DNA of 64,000 nucleotides from an uncultured Bacteroidales bacterium (GCA_963781805.1 CAWAHF010000004.1:1774219-1838218); one strand, 5' to 3'. Counted from the first letter of the stretch, positions 30,990-40,245 are shown. Notes: generated from the letters alone by a model not told the origin. Translations and numbers: made by a program.

Positions 30990-33809
30990 ATGAAAAAATT
31001 ATTTACAATTTTAGCTGCAGTATTGTTAACCGCAGCAGGATGGGCCCAAAGCCCGGGGAAAATGAGTTATCAGGCAGTAGTAAGAGATGCAAGTGATAAT
31101 CTGATACCAAGTACAACAGTGGGAATGCAAATTAGCATACTGCAAGGCTCAGCAAGTGGAACAGCAGTTTATATCGAAACACAAACTCCAACCACCAATG
31201 CCAATGGTTTACTGAGTTTAGAAATAGGAACAGGAACTACCAGTGATGATTTTAGTAGTATCGATTGGTCGGTAGGTCCCTATTTCATTAAAACCGAAAT
31301 GGACCCAACAGGCGGAACAAATTACAATATTACAGGTACAAGTCAATTATTAAGTGTGCCTTATGCCTTGCACGCCAAAACAGCAGAAATAGTTACAGGT
31401 ACAATTACCGAAACTGACCCAACTTACACTGCAAGTGAAGCAGCCAATATCACAATCTATGATATTACTAATTTGGGTAACTTGTCCGGCGCCAACACCG
31501 GCGACCAGGATTTAAGTTCTTTTGCAGTACAAACTGCATTAGAAGATACCGCGTCAGCTATCAGATCAGCTCTATCCAATGTCAGCGGGTCTATTAGTAT
31601 TGAAACAGATCCTGCTTTTGGAGCAAGCGACGCAGCCAGTATTACTGCAGGGGATATTACAAAATTAGGTAACCTATCGGGCTTGAACACCGGCGATCAA
31701 GATATTTCAGGAATTGCCACCAACGCAAATGCTATTTCTACCATTCAAGGGGAAAAGACAAATCAAGATGCAGCTATTGCAGCTAATACAGCAAAAACAG
31801 GATATACCGAAGCCCTGGTATCGGCAAATACTGCCGTGGCATCCAACACAGCAAAAACAGGAATATCTGCACAACAAGCAGGTGATATCACTGCAAATAA
31901 TGCTAAAACTGGTTATACAGAAGCTTTGGTATCAGCAAATGCAGATGTTGTTGCAAATACAGCAAAAACAGGAATTACAACTGGACAGGCAAATGAAATT
32001 ACAGCCAATACTGCGAAGGTTAGCTACCCTGCTGCTGATGCAACAAAACTTGCAGCAATTACAGGCGCCAATACAGGCGATCAGGATATTTCCGGCATAG
32101 CAACCAATGGTTCATCAATTACAACTCTTCAAACAGAGCAAACCACGCAGAATACTGCTATTGCGTTGAATACAGCAAAAACAGGAATATCTGCACAACA
32201 AGCAGGTGATATCACTGCAAATAATGCTAAAACTGGTTATACAGAAGCTTTAGTGTCAGCAAATGCGGATGTTGTTGCAAATACAGCAAAAACAGGAATT
32301 ACAACTACACAGGCAAGTGCTATTATAAGCAATACAGACGACATTGAAACCAATGCTTTTGCAATTTTAGATGAAGTTGCCCGCGCCACAGCAACCGAAG
32401 GAATAACTGTAGATGATATAGCAATACTCGAAGTGGGACAAGTTTCACAGGATCAAGCTATTGCTTTAAACTCTATAAAAACAGATATTAATTCAGACGG
32501 CATTACAGTCAATACTGTCACAATTTTAAATGAAGTTGCCCGCGCCACAGCAGCCGAAGGAGTGACTGCAGATGATATAGCAATACTCGAAGCAGGCCAA
32601 GTCTCACAGGATCAAGCTATTGGTTTAAACTCTGTAAAAACAGATATTAATTCAGCCGGCATTGAAACCAATGCTGTCACAATTTTAAATGAAGTTGCCC
32701 GCGCCACAGCAGCCGAAGGAGTAATTGCAGATGATATACTTATACTCAGAGATGTGCATATCACTCAAGAAACAGCTATTGCATTAAATACTGCAAAAAC
32801 AGGCATTACAACCGCACAAGCAAATGAAATTACTGCCAGTACTGGCAAAGACACCACAGGCATTTACCATGCTAATAGAGTAGCACTTGATTTGGTTTCA
32901 GGCACAAACACCGGCGACCAGGATTTAAGTTCTTTTGCAGTACAAACTGCATTAGAAGATACCGCGTCAGCCATCAGATCAGCGATTCCCGATGTCAGCG
33001 GGTTTTTAACTTCTGAAACCGACCCTGTGTATGGTTTATCGATAGCTGCAGGCATAACAGGAGCCGATACAACCAACTGGAACAATGATTTGGTAGATGA
33101 TGCTGATGCTGATACCACAAATGAAATACAAAATATCAATCAGGTTTTGATAAAAGGAAATGATGCAAATGGTAACAACCTTGTTAATACGGGGAAAATA
33201 GGTGTGGGAACGGCTTCACCTAATGCAGAATCATCCATGGAAATAGCAACTGCCCTTCCGGTTATTTTTCCTTCAATGACACAGTCAGAAGTTAACGCAA
33301 TTGCTACTCCTGTAGAGGGCATGGTTCAGTTTAATGCAGACGCTCATAAGTTGCAGGTGTATGCTATGCTCACCGACAATGCATCTGTTTTAAATGAGAT
33401 ATTCCTGAACAATAGTTCAGGTCCTTATAATTTTATACTGGATCAATCGATTACTTCTCCCATTGATGGACAAGTGGTTGCGATTGAAATAATGTATAAG
33501 GATGTTGATGGAGGGGAACCTTTCGTTGATTTTTTTGTAAATGGTGAATACCAAGGTATGCAGTTAATGCCTAGTTATACACAATTTACCTGGCATACAT
33601 TTACAATGTCAACGCCGGTTCAGGTAACTGCGGGTATGCCGTTTTATATTGAATTCTTCGGACCTGGAGTTGATTTTCATGAATTTGCGACGAATAGTAA
33701 TTATCCCGGTGGGTCAGGATGTTGTTTTGCTTCTGGCGACGATGATTTATTGTTCAGGGTTCATATTCAGCCTAACGCTGGTTCTTATGGATGGCAGAGT
33801 ATGCATTAG
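30990..33809 (+). CDS. Secreted fibre-like repeat protein (939 aa) without a T9SS CTD
   Basis: SPI signal; QSPGKMSYQAVVR...SVPYALHAKTA N-domain; NTGDQD, ANTAKTG and EVARATAAEG repeats; GKIGVGTASP; distinct C-terminal beta-rich domain. Confidence 0.75.
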   Translation: MKKLFTILAAVLLTAAGWAQSPGKMSYQAVVRDASDNLIPSTTVGMQISILQGSASGTAVYIETQTPTTNANGLLSLEIGTGTTSDDFSSIDWSVGPYFIKTEMDPTGGTNYNITGTSQLLSVPYALHAKTAEIVTGTITETDPTYTASEAANITIYDITNLGNLSGANTGDQDLSSFAVQTALEDTASAIRSALSNVSGSISIETDPAFGASDAASITAGDITKLGNLSGLNTGDQDISGIATNANAISTIQGEKTNQDAAIAANTAKTGYTEALVSANTAVASNTAKTGISAQQAGDITANNAKTGYTEALVSANADVVANTAKTGITTGQANEITANTAKVSYPAADATKLAAITGANTGDQDISGIATNGSSITTLQTEQTTQNTAIALNTAKTGISAQQAGDITANNAKTGYTEALVSANADVVANTAKTGITTTQASAIISNTDDIETNAFAILDEVARATATEGITVDDIAILEVGQVSQDQAIALNSIKTDINSDGITVNTVTILNEVARATAAEGVTADDIAILEAGQVSQDQAIGLNSVKTDINSAGIETNAVTILNEVARATAAEGVIADDILILRDVHITQETAIALNTAKTGITTAQANEITASTGKDTTGIYHANRVALDLVSGTNTGDQDLSSFAVQTALEDTASAIRSAIPDVSGFLTSETDPVYGLSIAAGITGADTTNWNNDLVDDADADTTNEIQNINQVLIKGNDANGNNLVNTGKIGVGTASPNAESSMEIATALPVIFPSMTQSEVNAIATPVEGMVQFNADAHKLQVYAMLTDNASVLNEIFLNNSSGPYNFILDQSITSPIDGQVVAIEIMYKDVDGGEPFVDFFVNGEYQGMQLMPSYTQFTWHTFTMSTPVQVTAGMPFYIEFFGPGVDFHEFATNSNYPGGSGCCFASGDDDLLFRVHIQPNAGSYGWQSMH

Positions 33810-33849
33810 TAACACGAATTATTTACGAGTTAAGAAAATTTACTTTTAT

Positions 33850-33880
33850 AAGGGCCCTTCAGGAATGAAGGGCTCTTTTA
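33850..33880 (+). terminator. Intrinsic terminator after the fibre gene
   Basis: AAGGGCCCTTCA-GGAA-TGAAGGGCTCTT followed by T-rich sequence. Confidence 0.7.
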
Positions 33881-33959
33881 TATTTATAACAGCAAATCTC
33901 CCGGCTAAGCGAGGTCTGCAACTTCTATTCACCCAATCTGGTCCAAGATTATGAAAAAC

Positions 33960-34168
33960 AAAAAACTGGTTCAGGCTTAACGAAGTGTAGCTTGGACCTT
34001 TTTTGTTTTTGTGCTTACAGTCACCTGCCTTGTCAAAATTTGTAACTGCAACGCATTAAAGAGTTAAAAACCTTCTGCCCCCTCACATGGCGAGTCTGTG
34101 AGTTGTTCCTTTTCTGACGCTGGCATTTTGTCCGTGTCCTACCCTGCACATGTAAAGATTTATAACTT
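33960..34168. repeat. Dispersed non-coding repeat, copy 1
   Basis: 33960-34109 matches 37994-38143 with about 12 mismatches in 150 bp; 34142-34168 matches the second module at 38165 and 38931. Confidence 0.9.
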
Positions 34169-34345
34169 ATGCAGACATCAATTCCAACCTTTATGATAGA
34201 TGAAGCAAAGGTTTTCCCGAAGGAGGTAAAAAGCATTTAAGTGGTGACCCACAACGAGAGGCCGCTAAAGATGAGGTAAAATTGCTTCGTCGGGAGAATG
34301 ATGATTTTACAAAAGCATGCTTTTATTCAGCTTCCGGAATTAATA

Positions 34346-34681
34346 TTAATTGACACTCAAATCAACAATTTCTGCCTTGGGTGCATTTTTTCTTACGGAA
34401 GCAATTCCATTATCCCGCCCCTGCGTTGAAGTGTACATTTGACTTGTGCCAATAATTTGAGTATTAGCAGCAGTCAGATTAAAATAATAACTTCCGTCTT
34501 TAGCTACTTCTGAAATGAACATTTTCTTTTTAGAGCAATTGGCCTTAACTGACACTATTCCGTTTTGGCAAGCCGATTTTGATGTATAGCCCTGGCTCGT
34601 CATTATGATCTCTCCGTTTGGAGCTTTTAGATTAAACATGAAGTTTTCGTCTACTCTTTTAGAAATTTCAAATTTTACCAT
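34346..34681 (-). CDS. YegP family (DUF1508) protein
   Basis: Two repeats FNLKAPNGEIIMTSQGY and FNLTAANTQIIGTSQMY. Confidence 0.92.
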   Translation of the reverse strand: MVKFEISKRVDENFMFNLKAPNGEIIMTSQGYTSKSACQNGIVSVKANCSKKKMFISEVAKDGSYYFNLTAANTQIIGTSQMYTSTQGRDNGIASVRKNAPKAEIVDLSVN

Positions 34682-35221
34682 GATTGTTGAATTTTAATGT
34701 TTTCTGACTATGTAATAAAGGTGAGCATTTCTATAAGGAATAGTATTACATAATATTGAAAATATGTTATATGATTCACACATTTGAAAAGAGTTACCAT
34801 GTAAATAAATTTTAGCCAATTTAGTTCGCAATTCCCCCGCTGGCGCTCTCCCGGCATATTCTGTCGGGATATTTAGCGTGTCTTTAATTTTCCCTGTTAA
34901 ATATCATACCAATTCATGATATGTGTCATCCTAAATAAAGTTTTGTTCGAGAATAATAAGCTAACTTTAATACTTAACAGATAATTCTAAACAAAATGAA
35001 GGAAGGAAGTTGAGAAACCAATGTAATTAAACAAGTGCCTTGCTTTTGTTAGTAATCGTATCTTCAATACTACAGACACAAAAACAATTACCACCTTAGG
35101 AAGAAAAATTTTGGGAAGCTTTTGCTCTGTAACTTATTACTTTGGATAGATGGTTTATAAAACTAATACCGGAGCAATAGTTTCGATAAACAAATTAATT
35201 AAATAAATTAATGAGATAAAA

Positions 35222-36565
35222 ATGAAAATTTTAAGTTTCATAAGTATGGTGATATTTATGAGTTTTTTTTTTCTGCTTAACAATAGTTGCCGGAAGGACA
35301 TCTGCGATAATACTATAAGTAAAAGTGTTTACACAATCGCAGTACTTTCCGACATTCACTACATGGATCCCTCATTGCTGCCGGACACTGGCAGTTCAGC
35401 ATTTAAGGAGTACCTGAAAACCGATGGAAAACTCCTTGCCGAAAGTGATGCGATCATGAAAGAGGTTATTTGGGAATTGCTCAATGCAAAACAAAAACCC
35501 GACCTTGTACTTATTCCGGGCGATTTGACAAAAGACGGTGAATTGGTCAGCCACCAGTCGGTTTCCAAATACCTTTCCGAGTTAATAAACGCAGGCATCA
35601 AAGTGAGGGTAATTGATGGTAATCACGATATAAATAACCAGCACCCTTATATGTACATCGGCTCCACTACCCAAAAAGTGGCAAATATTGATGCAGACGG
35701 ATTTAAAACTATTTATGAAAACTGTGGCTACAGCGATGCGCTTTATACAGACCCCAGCTCGCTCAGCTATGTATCTGAACCTCTGCCTGGTCTGTGGCTT
35801 ATTGCGATCGATGCCTGCAACTATTGGGATGGCATTCCTTATAATTTAATGACAGGCGGGAGTATAAAGCAGGAAACAATGACCTGGATATTGCCACGCT
35901 TAGCCGAAGCAGAGGCTAAAGGGAAAACTGTATTCGGAATGATGCATCACGGGATACTTAATCATTTTACAGATGAGGATAGCCTGTTTAAAGGATTTGT
36001 AGTGGATCGATCGTCAACGGTATCCGACTCGCTCATGACCGCAGGATTAAGGATCATGTTCACCGGACATTTTCATGCCAACGACATTGTAAAAAAGACA
36101 TCTGGCAATACATTTTTATTCGACATTGAGACAGGTTCTACCGTTTGTTATCCTTGTCCGTACAGGATGATAACCTATTTAAAGGATTCGGCCCTGATCA
36201 TTTCAACTAATATCATTACACAAAATGATTACCCGTTACCCGGAGGACAAACATTTTCGGATTATATTACGCAAAAGGCCTATGTTAACCTGGATAGCCT
36301 GTTAACCAGGGCTTTTACCAGTTCTAATTGTACCTACGAAACGGCCAGGATATTTGCTCCCCGTATCAGGAATGCAATGATGGCTCATTTTGCAGGCGAC
36401 GAAAGACTCTTTTCGACCCACGAGATGGACTCGATCGATCTAACAATTACCCGGTTAGGGTCAAACTTTTCATGGCTCCGCACATATTGTATCAGCCTAT
36501 GGAACGATTTGCCTCCCACTGACAATTCGTTGATGATTTACCTGAAATCGGGTGCTTCGTATTAA
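35222..36565 (+). CDS. Calcineurin-like metallophosphoesterase, lipoprotein
   Basis: Lipobox NNSC; SDIHY, PGDLTKDG, GNHD, MHH, TGHFH motifs. Confidence 0.88.
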   Translation: MKILSFISMVIFMSFFFLLNNSCRKDICDNTISKSVYTIAVLSDIHYMDPSLLPDTGSSAFKEYLKTDGKLLAESDAIMKEVIWELLNAKQKPDLVLIPGDLTKDGELVSHQSVSKYLSELINAGIKVRVIDGNHDINNQHPYMYIGSTTQKVANIDADGFKTIYENCGYSDALYTDPSSLSYVSEPLPGLWLIAIDACNYWDGIPYNLMTGGSIKQETMTWILPRLAEAEAKGKTVFGMMHHGILNHFTDEDSLFKGFVVDRSSTVSDSLMTAGLRIMFTGHFHANDIVKKTSGNTFLFDIETGSTVCYPCPYRMITYLKDSALIISTNIITQNDYPLPGGQTFSDYITQKAYVNLDSLLTRAFTSSNCTYETARIFAPRIRNAMMAHFAGDERLFSTHEMDSIDLTITRLGSNFSWLRTYCISLWNDLPPTDNSLMIYLKSGASY

Positions 36566-36801
36566 TTAGTGCTTGCCCGAAAAGTCCAGTGTCGGTTAAG
36601 AAAATGGAGTTTTCTTGCCGACACCAGGTAAGTATAATTGGATGTTATGTGACATTAAAAATAAATGATTCATATAATTCGAAGAATATTACCAGAATAT
36701 TACCCATGGATCATTGTGTAATCAAGCAGAATGCTGCCGTTTGAAAATATTTAAACTATAAAAATAAGGGAAGAAATAACCTTTAATAAAAATTATTTAT
36801 C

Positions 36802-37890
36802 ATGAAAATAAAAAGAAATCTATTCCTGTTTTTTTTATTTGCAATTGCAAGCCTTATTGTAATCCCTTATGGATGCAAGAAAAATGATGACACGCAGGGG
36901 CCAACGCCTGTTAAAAAAAAGTATGTCTGGGTTGTAGGAGCTGTTGACAGCACATCTTACGGAAAGATTTTGTTTTCATCGGATGGAGGTGATACATGGT
37001 TAAGACAGGGTGAAGGATCGGCTGCTTTACAGGGAACTCTTTTATTTGATGTGTGGGCTGTCGATACAAATGATGTGTGGGCTGTCGGTATTAATAGCAG
37101 CATCATAAAAACCAATGATGGTGGCAATAGATGGGTTCGCATTACAAGTCCAGAAATCCCGCCGGCTATAGTTTTTCAATCCATTTCCATGGTTGGAAAC
37201 AATGATATCTGGATATGCGGTGAGAGCGGAACTGTAATTAATTCAAGTAATGGGGGAAATACCTGGACCATTTTTGACCCTAATTTCTTTCACAATGGAT
37301 TGATGCAGGGTATTTATGCCATAGATGCACAAACAGTCTATGTAGTTGGAGGTTATCGTATAAGTAACGGGGCCAAGGGTTTTATAGCCCATACGGCAGA
37401 TGGAGGTCAAACATGGGATTCTATCATCCCTGAAAATAATTATAATCGGAATGAATGGCTTGGGGTAAAAGCGACCGATAAGAACCATATTGTTGTTTAT
37501 GGAAAGAGTGCACATTATGTATTTAGTAATGATGCCGGAGCAACGTGGAAAAATGATTCGGTACCTGACACCGGTGGCGGTGGTATAGGAGGAGCCGACA
37601 TGAATTGTCTCGCTATGATAGATGCACAAACCTGGTGGGGAGCATTTGACTATGATGTCATTTTTATCACTACTGATGGCGGTACATGGACAAAACAAAC
37701 TTCAGCGGGACCAGGCGCTATGTGGCTTTATGGAATTGATTATTATGACAGGAATTTGGCTGTTATCGTTGCTTTAAGTAGCGTGTTACCGACTGGCAAG
37801 ATCATAAAAACCTCCAATGGAGGTGATGTTTGGGAATTAAAATATAATTCCAGGTCAGCGTTATTCAAAATATCCTTTATTAAAAATTGA
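36802..37890 (+). CDS. YCF48-like/BNR-repeat beta-propeller lipoprotein
   Basis: Lipobox YGC; Asp-box repeats SSDGGDTW, TNDGGNRW, SSNGGNTW, TADGGQTW, SNDAGATW, TSNGGDVW. Confidence 0.8.
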   Translation: MKIKRNLFLFFLFAIASLIVIPYGCKKNDDTQGPTPVKKKYVWVVGAVDSTSYGKILFSSDGGDTWLRQGEGSAALQGTLLFDVWAVDTNDVWAVGINSSIIKTNDGGNRWVRITSPEIPPAIVFQSISMVGNNDIWICGESGTVINSSNGGNTWTIFDPNFFHNGLMQGIYAIDAQTVYVVGGYRISNGAKGFIAHTADGGQTWDSIIPENNYNRNEWLGVKATDKNHIVVYGKSAHYVFSNDAGATWKNDSVPDTGGGGIGGADMNCLAMIDAQTWWGAFDYDVIFITTDGGTWTKQTSAGPGAMWLYGIDYYDRNLAVIVALSSVLPTGKIIKTSNGGDVWELKYNSRSALFKISFIKN

Positions 37891-37993
37891 TTTCGGCTAT
37901 TACTTTGATAATGAACCCGAATTGAAATTGCTTCTAGACAATCGAAAACAATAGTTAGAAAATAGAAATTAAACGCCTGGCTGGCGCGGGCCC

Positions 37994-38217
37994 AAAAAAC
38001 TGGTTCAAGCTTAACGAAGTGTAGCTTGGACCTTTTTTGTTTTTGTGCTTATAGTCACCTGCCTTGTCAAAATATGTAATTGCAACGCATTAATGGGTTA
38101 AAAAACGTCCACCCCCTCACATGGCGAGTCTGCGACTTGTTCCCTGACTGGTGCGGATATTTTGCCTGCACAGGCACAGATTTATGACTCCTTTCCCTAC
38201 TGCCCTGCCCCTGCAAT
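37994..38217. repeat. Dispersed non-coding repeat, copy 2 (longest)
   Basis: 150-bp module shared with 33960; 53-bp module shared with 38931. Confidence 0.9.
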
Positions 38218-38228
38218 TTTAGAAAAGT

Positions 38229-38243
38229 TACCAATATTTGGTA
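38229..38243. promoter_or_regulatory. Likely antitoxin operator palindrome
   Basis: TACCAA-TAT-TTGGTA, 22 bp upstream of parD. Confidence 0.5.
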
Positions 38244-38265
38244 TATCTGAGAAAAATATGAAGAC

Positions 38266-38517
38266 ATGAACAAGAATACGTCAATATCACTTGGAGATTA
38301 TTTCGAAACTTTTGTTCGAAGGAGTATTTCAATAGGTAGATTTAAAAATGCGAGTGAAGTGATACGAGCGGGTTTGAGATTATTGGAAGAAGAAGAATCT
38401 AAAGTTTTGGCATTAAAAACTGCTATTCAGGAGGGTATTGACAGTGGGATTGCCTACGACTTTGATTCACAAAAGCATCTTGATTCTGTAAAAGTAAAAA
38501 AGAGATTGAATGGCTAA
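38266..38517 (+). CDS. parD: ParD-like ribbon-helix-helix antitoxin
   Basis: NTSISLG...GRFKNASEVIRAGLRLLEEEE; overlaps the toxin start. Confidence 0.88.
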   Translation: MNKNTSISLGDYFETFVRRSISIGRFKNASEVIRAGLRLLEEEESKVLALKTAIQEGIDSGIAYDFDSQKHLDSVKVKKRLNG

Positions 38518-38809
38518 ATACTTCCTGACCAACAATGCCGTTGACGATTTGACTGAAATATGGAATTATACTTTTGATGAATGGTCGGAGCAACAAGCTG
38601 ATAAATATTACTACCTGTTAATTGATAACTGTAAGGATATTGCTCAAAATCCAAAACTTGGGAAAAACTATGCTGGGATTATGACAATTTTGTTTGGATT
38701 AAAAGTAACAAGATATATTATTTTCTGCAGGAAATTAAGTGCGAACGAAATTGAAATTACAAGGATTCTACATGAAAGAATGGATTTAAAAAGTAGAATC
38801 AAAGAATAA
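38510..38809 (+). CDS. parE: RelE/ParE family toxin
   Basis: YFLTNNAVDDLTEIWNYT...WSEQQADKY...IEITRILHERMD. Confidence 0.9.
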   Translation: MAKYFLTNNAVDDLTEIWNYTFDEWSEQQADKYYYLLIDNCKDIAQNPKLGKNYAGIMTILFGLKVTRYIIFCRKLSANEIEITRILHERMDLKSRIKE

Positions 38810-38869
38810 AAAACTACACTCAATCTAATAGAATGCTCCGTCGGATAACCTGACGGAGTGCGCCTTTCA

Positions 38870-38899
38870 CCTGTCTGTCTGCCTACCGGCAAAGGCAGG
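38870..38899. repeat. CCTGYC...GGCAGG REP-like hairpin
   Basis: CCTGTCTGTCTGCCTACCGGCAAAGGCAGG; related copies at 39222 and 40259. Confidence 0.55.
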
Positions 38900-38930
38900 T
38901 ATGCAGCTGTTCATTAGGATTTGGGACAAC

Positions 38931-38985
38931 ACCCTGCAGAGGCAAAGATTTATAACTCCTTTCCCTCCTGTCCTGCTCCTGCAAT
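38931..38985. repeat. Dispersed non-coding repeat, copy 3 (short module only)
   Basis: ACCCTGCAGAGGCAAAGATTTATAACTCCTTTCCCTCCTGTCCTGCTCCTGCAAT resembles 38165-38217. Confidence 0.85.
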
Positions 38986-39309
38986 GTACTAAACTTTGTT
39001 ACCTCCCGAAAATTTGTTTTTTACCGAATTATCATTTGCTTTTATTTCCCGTACAGAAAGTTGGAAATTGAAGAAAGTAAGGATCGGGCACGAAAATATA
39101 ACAACCGCCGTAATATACATGCATATTTCAAACCATGAATTAAAAAAGTTATATGAAAATTAAACGCAATTTGCTGTATACCTATAGAACAATACCATGA
39201 TTGGTTAGAGATGGAGCCGCTCCTGCCTCTTGGCAGCCAGGTATTACACTGATTGAACAGATTTGTACTGATCTGTGATCATCTGTGATATCAGCGTTCC
39301 AATAACGAA

Positions 39310-39942
39310 TTATTCCTTCGTTCCCAAAATTCTTATCATCTCATCCGAAGTAACAATTTTTGCTCCCTTCGTTTCGAGTTCCAGCAATGTGCTGTTGAAT
39401 TTGTCCTCGCCTCCTACGGCTTTGGTGGCATCTTTTACTAGATAGGTGTTGTATCCCAGTTCCAGTGCATCAAGCGTGGAATATCTTACACAAATATCTG
39501 CTGCCAGTCCGGTAATGGTAAGCGTATCTGCTTTTTTCCAGGTAAGATACGCATGTAAACCTGTGGCTTTTTTGTGCAGGTTATCATAAAACCCGCTATA
39601 GCTGTCAATCCGGGCATCCGTTCCTTTCTTAATAATCGATGCTAACTTTTCCACATGAAGTTCATCGGCAAAGTTGGCGCCTGTGGTATGCTGCACGCAA
39701 TGATCCGGCCACAACACCTGTTCTGCCCCGTCAAGATCAACGATATCGCCCGGTTTTTTATTCGGATGATTTGAGGCAAAACTGCCATGATTTGCAGGAT
39801 GCCAGTCCTGCGTAGCAATTACCAGTTCGAAATATGGCTGCAACTTATTTACCACCGGAACAATGATATCGCCTTCAGCCACGGGTAACGAACCTCCCGG
39901 CAGAAAGTCGTTTTGGATATCAACCATCAAGAGTGCATTCAT
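39310..39942 (-). CDS. pncA: Nicotinamidase/pyrazinamidase
   Basis: VDIQNDFLPGG, TQDWHP, WPDHCVQ, KKG...DSYSGF, GLAADICV. Confidence 0.93.
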   Translation of the reverse strand: MNALLMVDIQNDFLPGGSLPVAEGDIIVPVVNKLQPYFELVIATQDWHPANHGSFASNHPNKKPGDIVDLDGAEQVLWPDHCVQHTTGANFADELHVEKLASIIKKGTDARIDSYSGFYDNLHKKATGLHAYLTWKKADTLTITGLAADICVRYSTLDALELGYNTYLVKDATKAVGGEDKFNSTLLELETKGAKIVTSDEMIRILGTKE

Positions 39943-40245
39943 AATTTCCTTAGTTATAGATTACCCTGATTTCTGTCTTTTAATAAATAACAATTGTGCC
40001 GGTTGAAAGGTTGTGATATTTCCTTGCCGTTTCATCCTTTTGGAATCTTATCTCCGGCATTTCAATAGATATCATGGGCTACGAGGTGTCGCCAGTAGGA
40101 TTGGGAGATTGGAGGTTCTTTCCGCCACCAAGGCGCTTATGCCCGAAGTTTGTACCCGGAATTAGCTTAACTATTAGGCTGATTATATTAATTTTGTAAT
40201 TATCTGTATTATAATAGTGTTATGTCAATATTATCTTGTCATATA

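Noticed and set aside
30990-33809. DGR target/template pair in the fibre gene
   Set aside because: The repeats are identical or differ at non-adenine-specific positions, and no reverse transcriptase is in the window.
34033-34236. ORF within repeat copy 1 (and paralogous 38067..38273)
   Set aside because: Differences between the copies are almost all non-synonymous; treated as non-coding repeat.
34743-34772. dif/pdif-like site GTATTACATAA-N8-ATATGTTATAT
   Set aside because: 8-bp spacer, weak arms, AT-rich context and no partner site.
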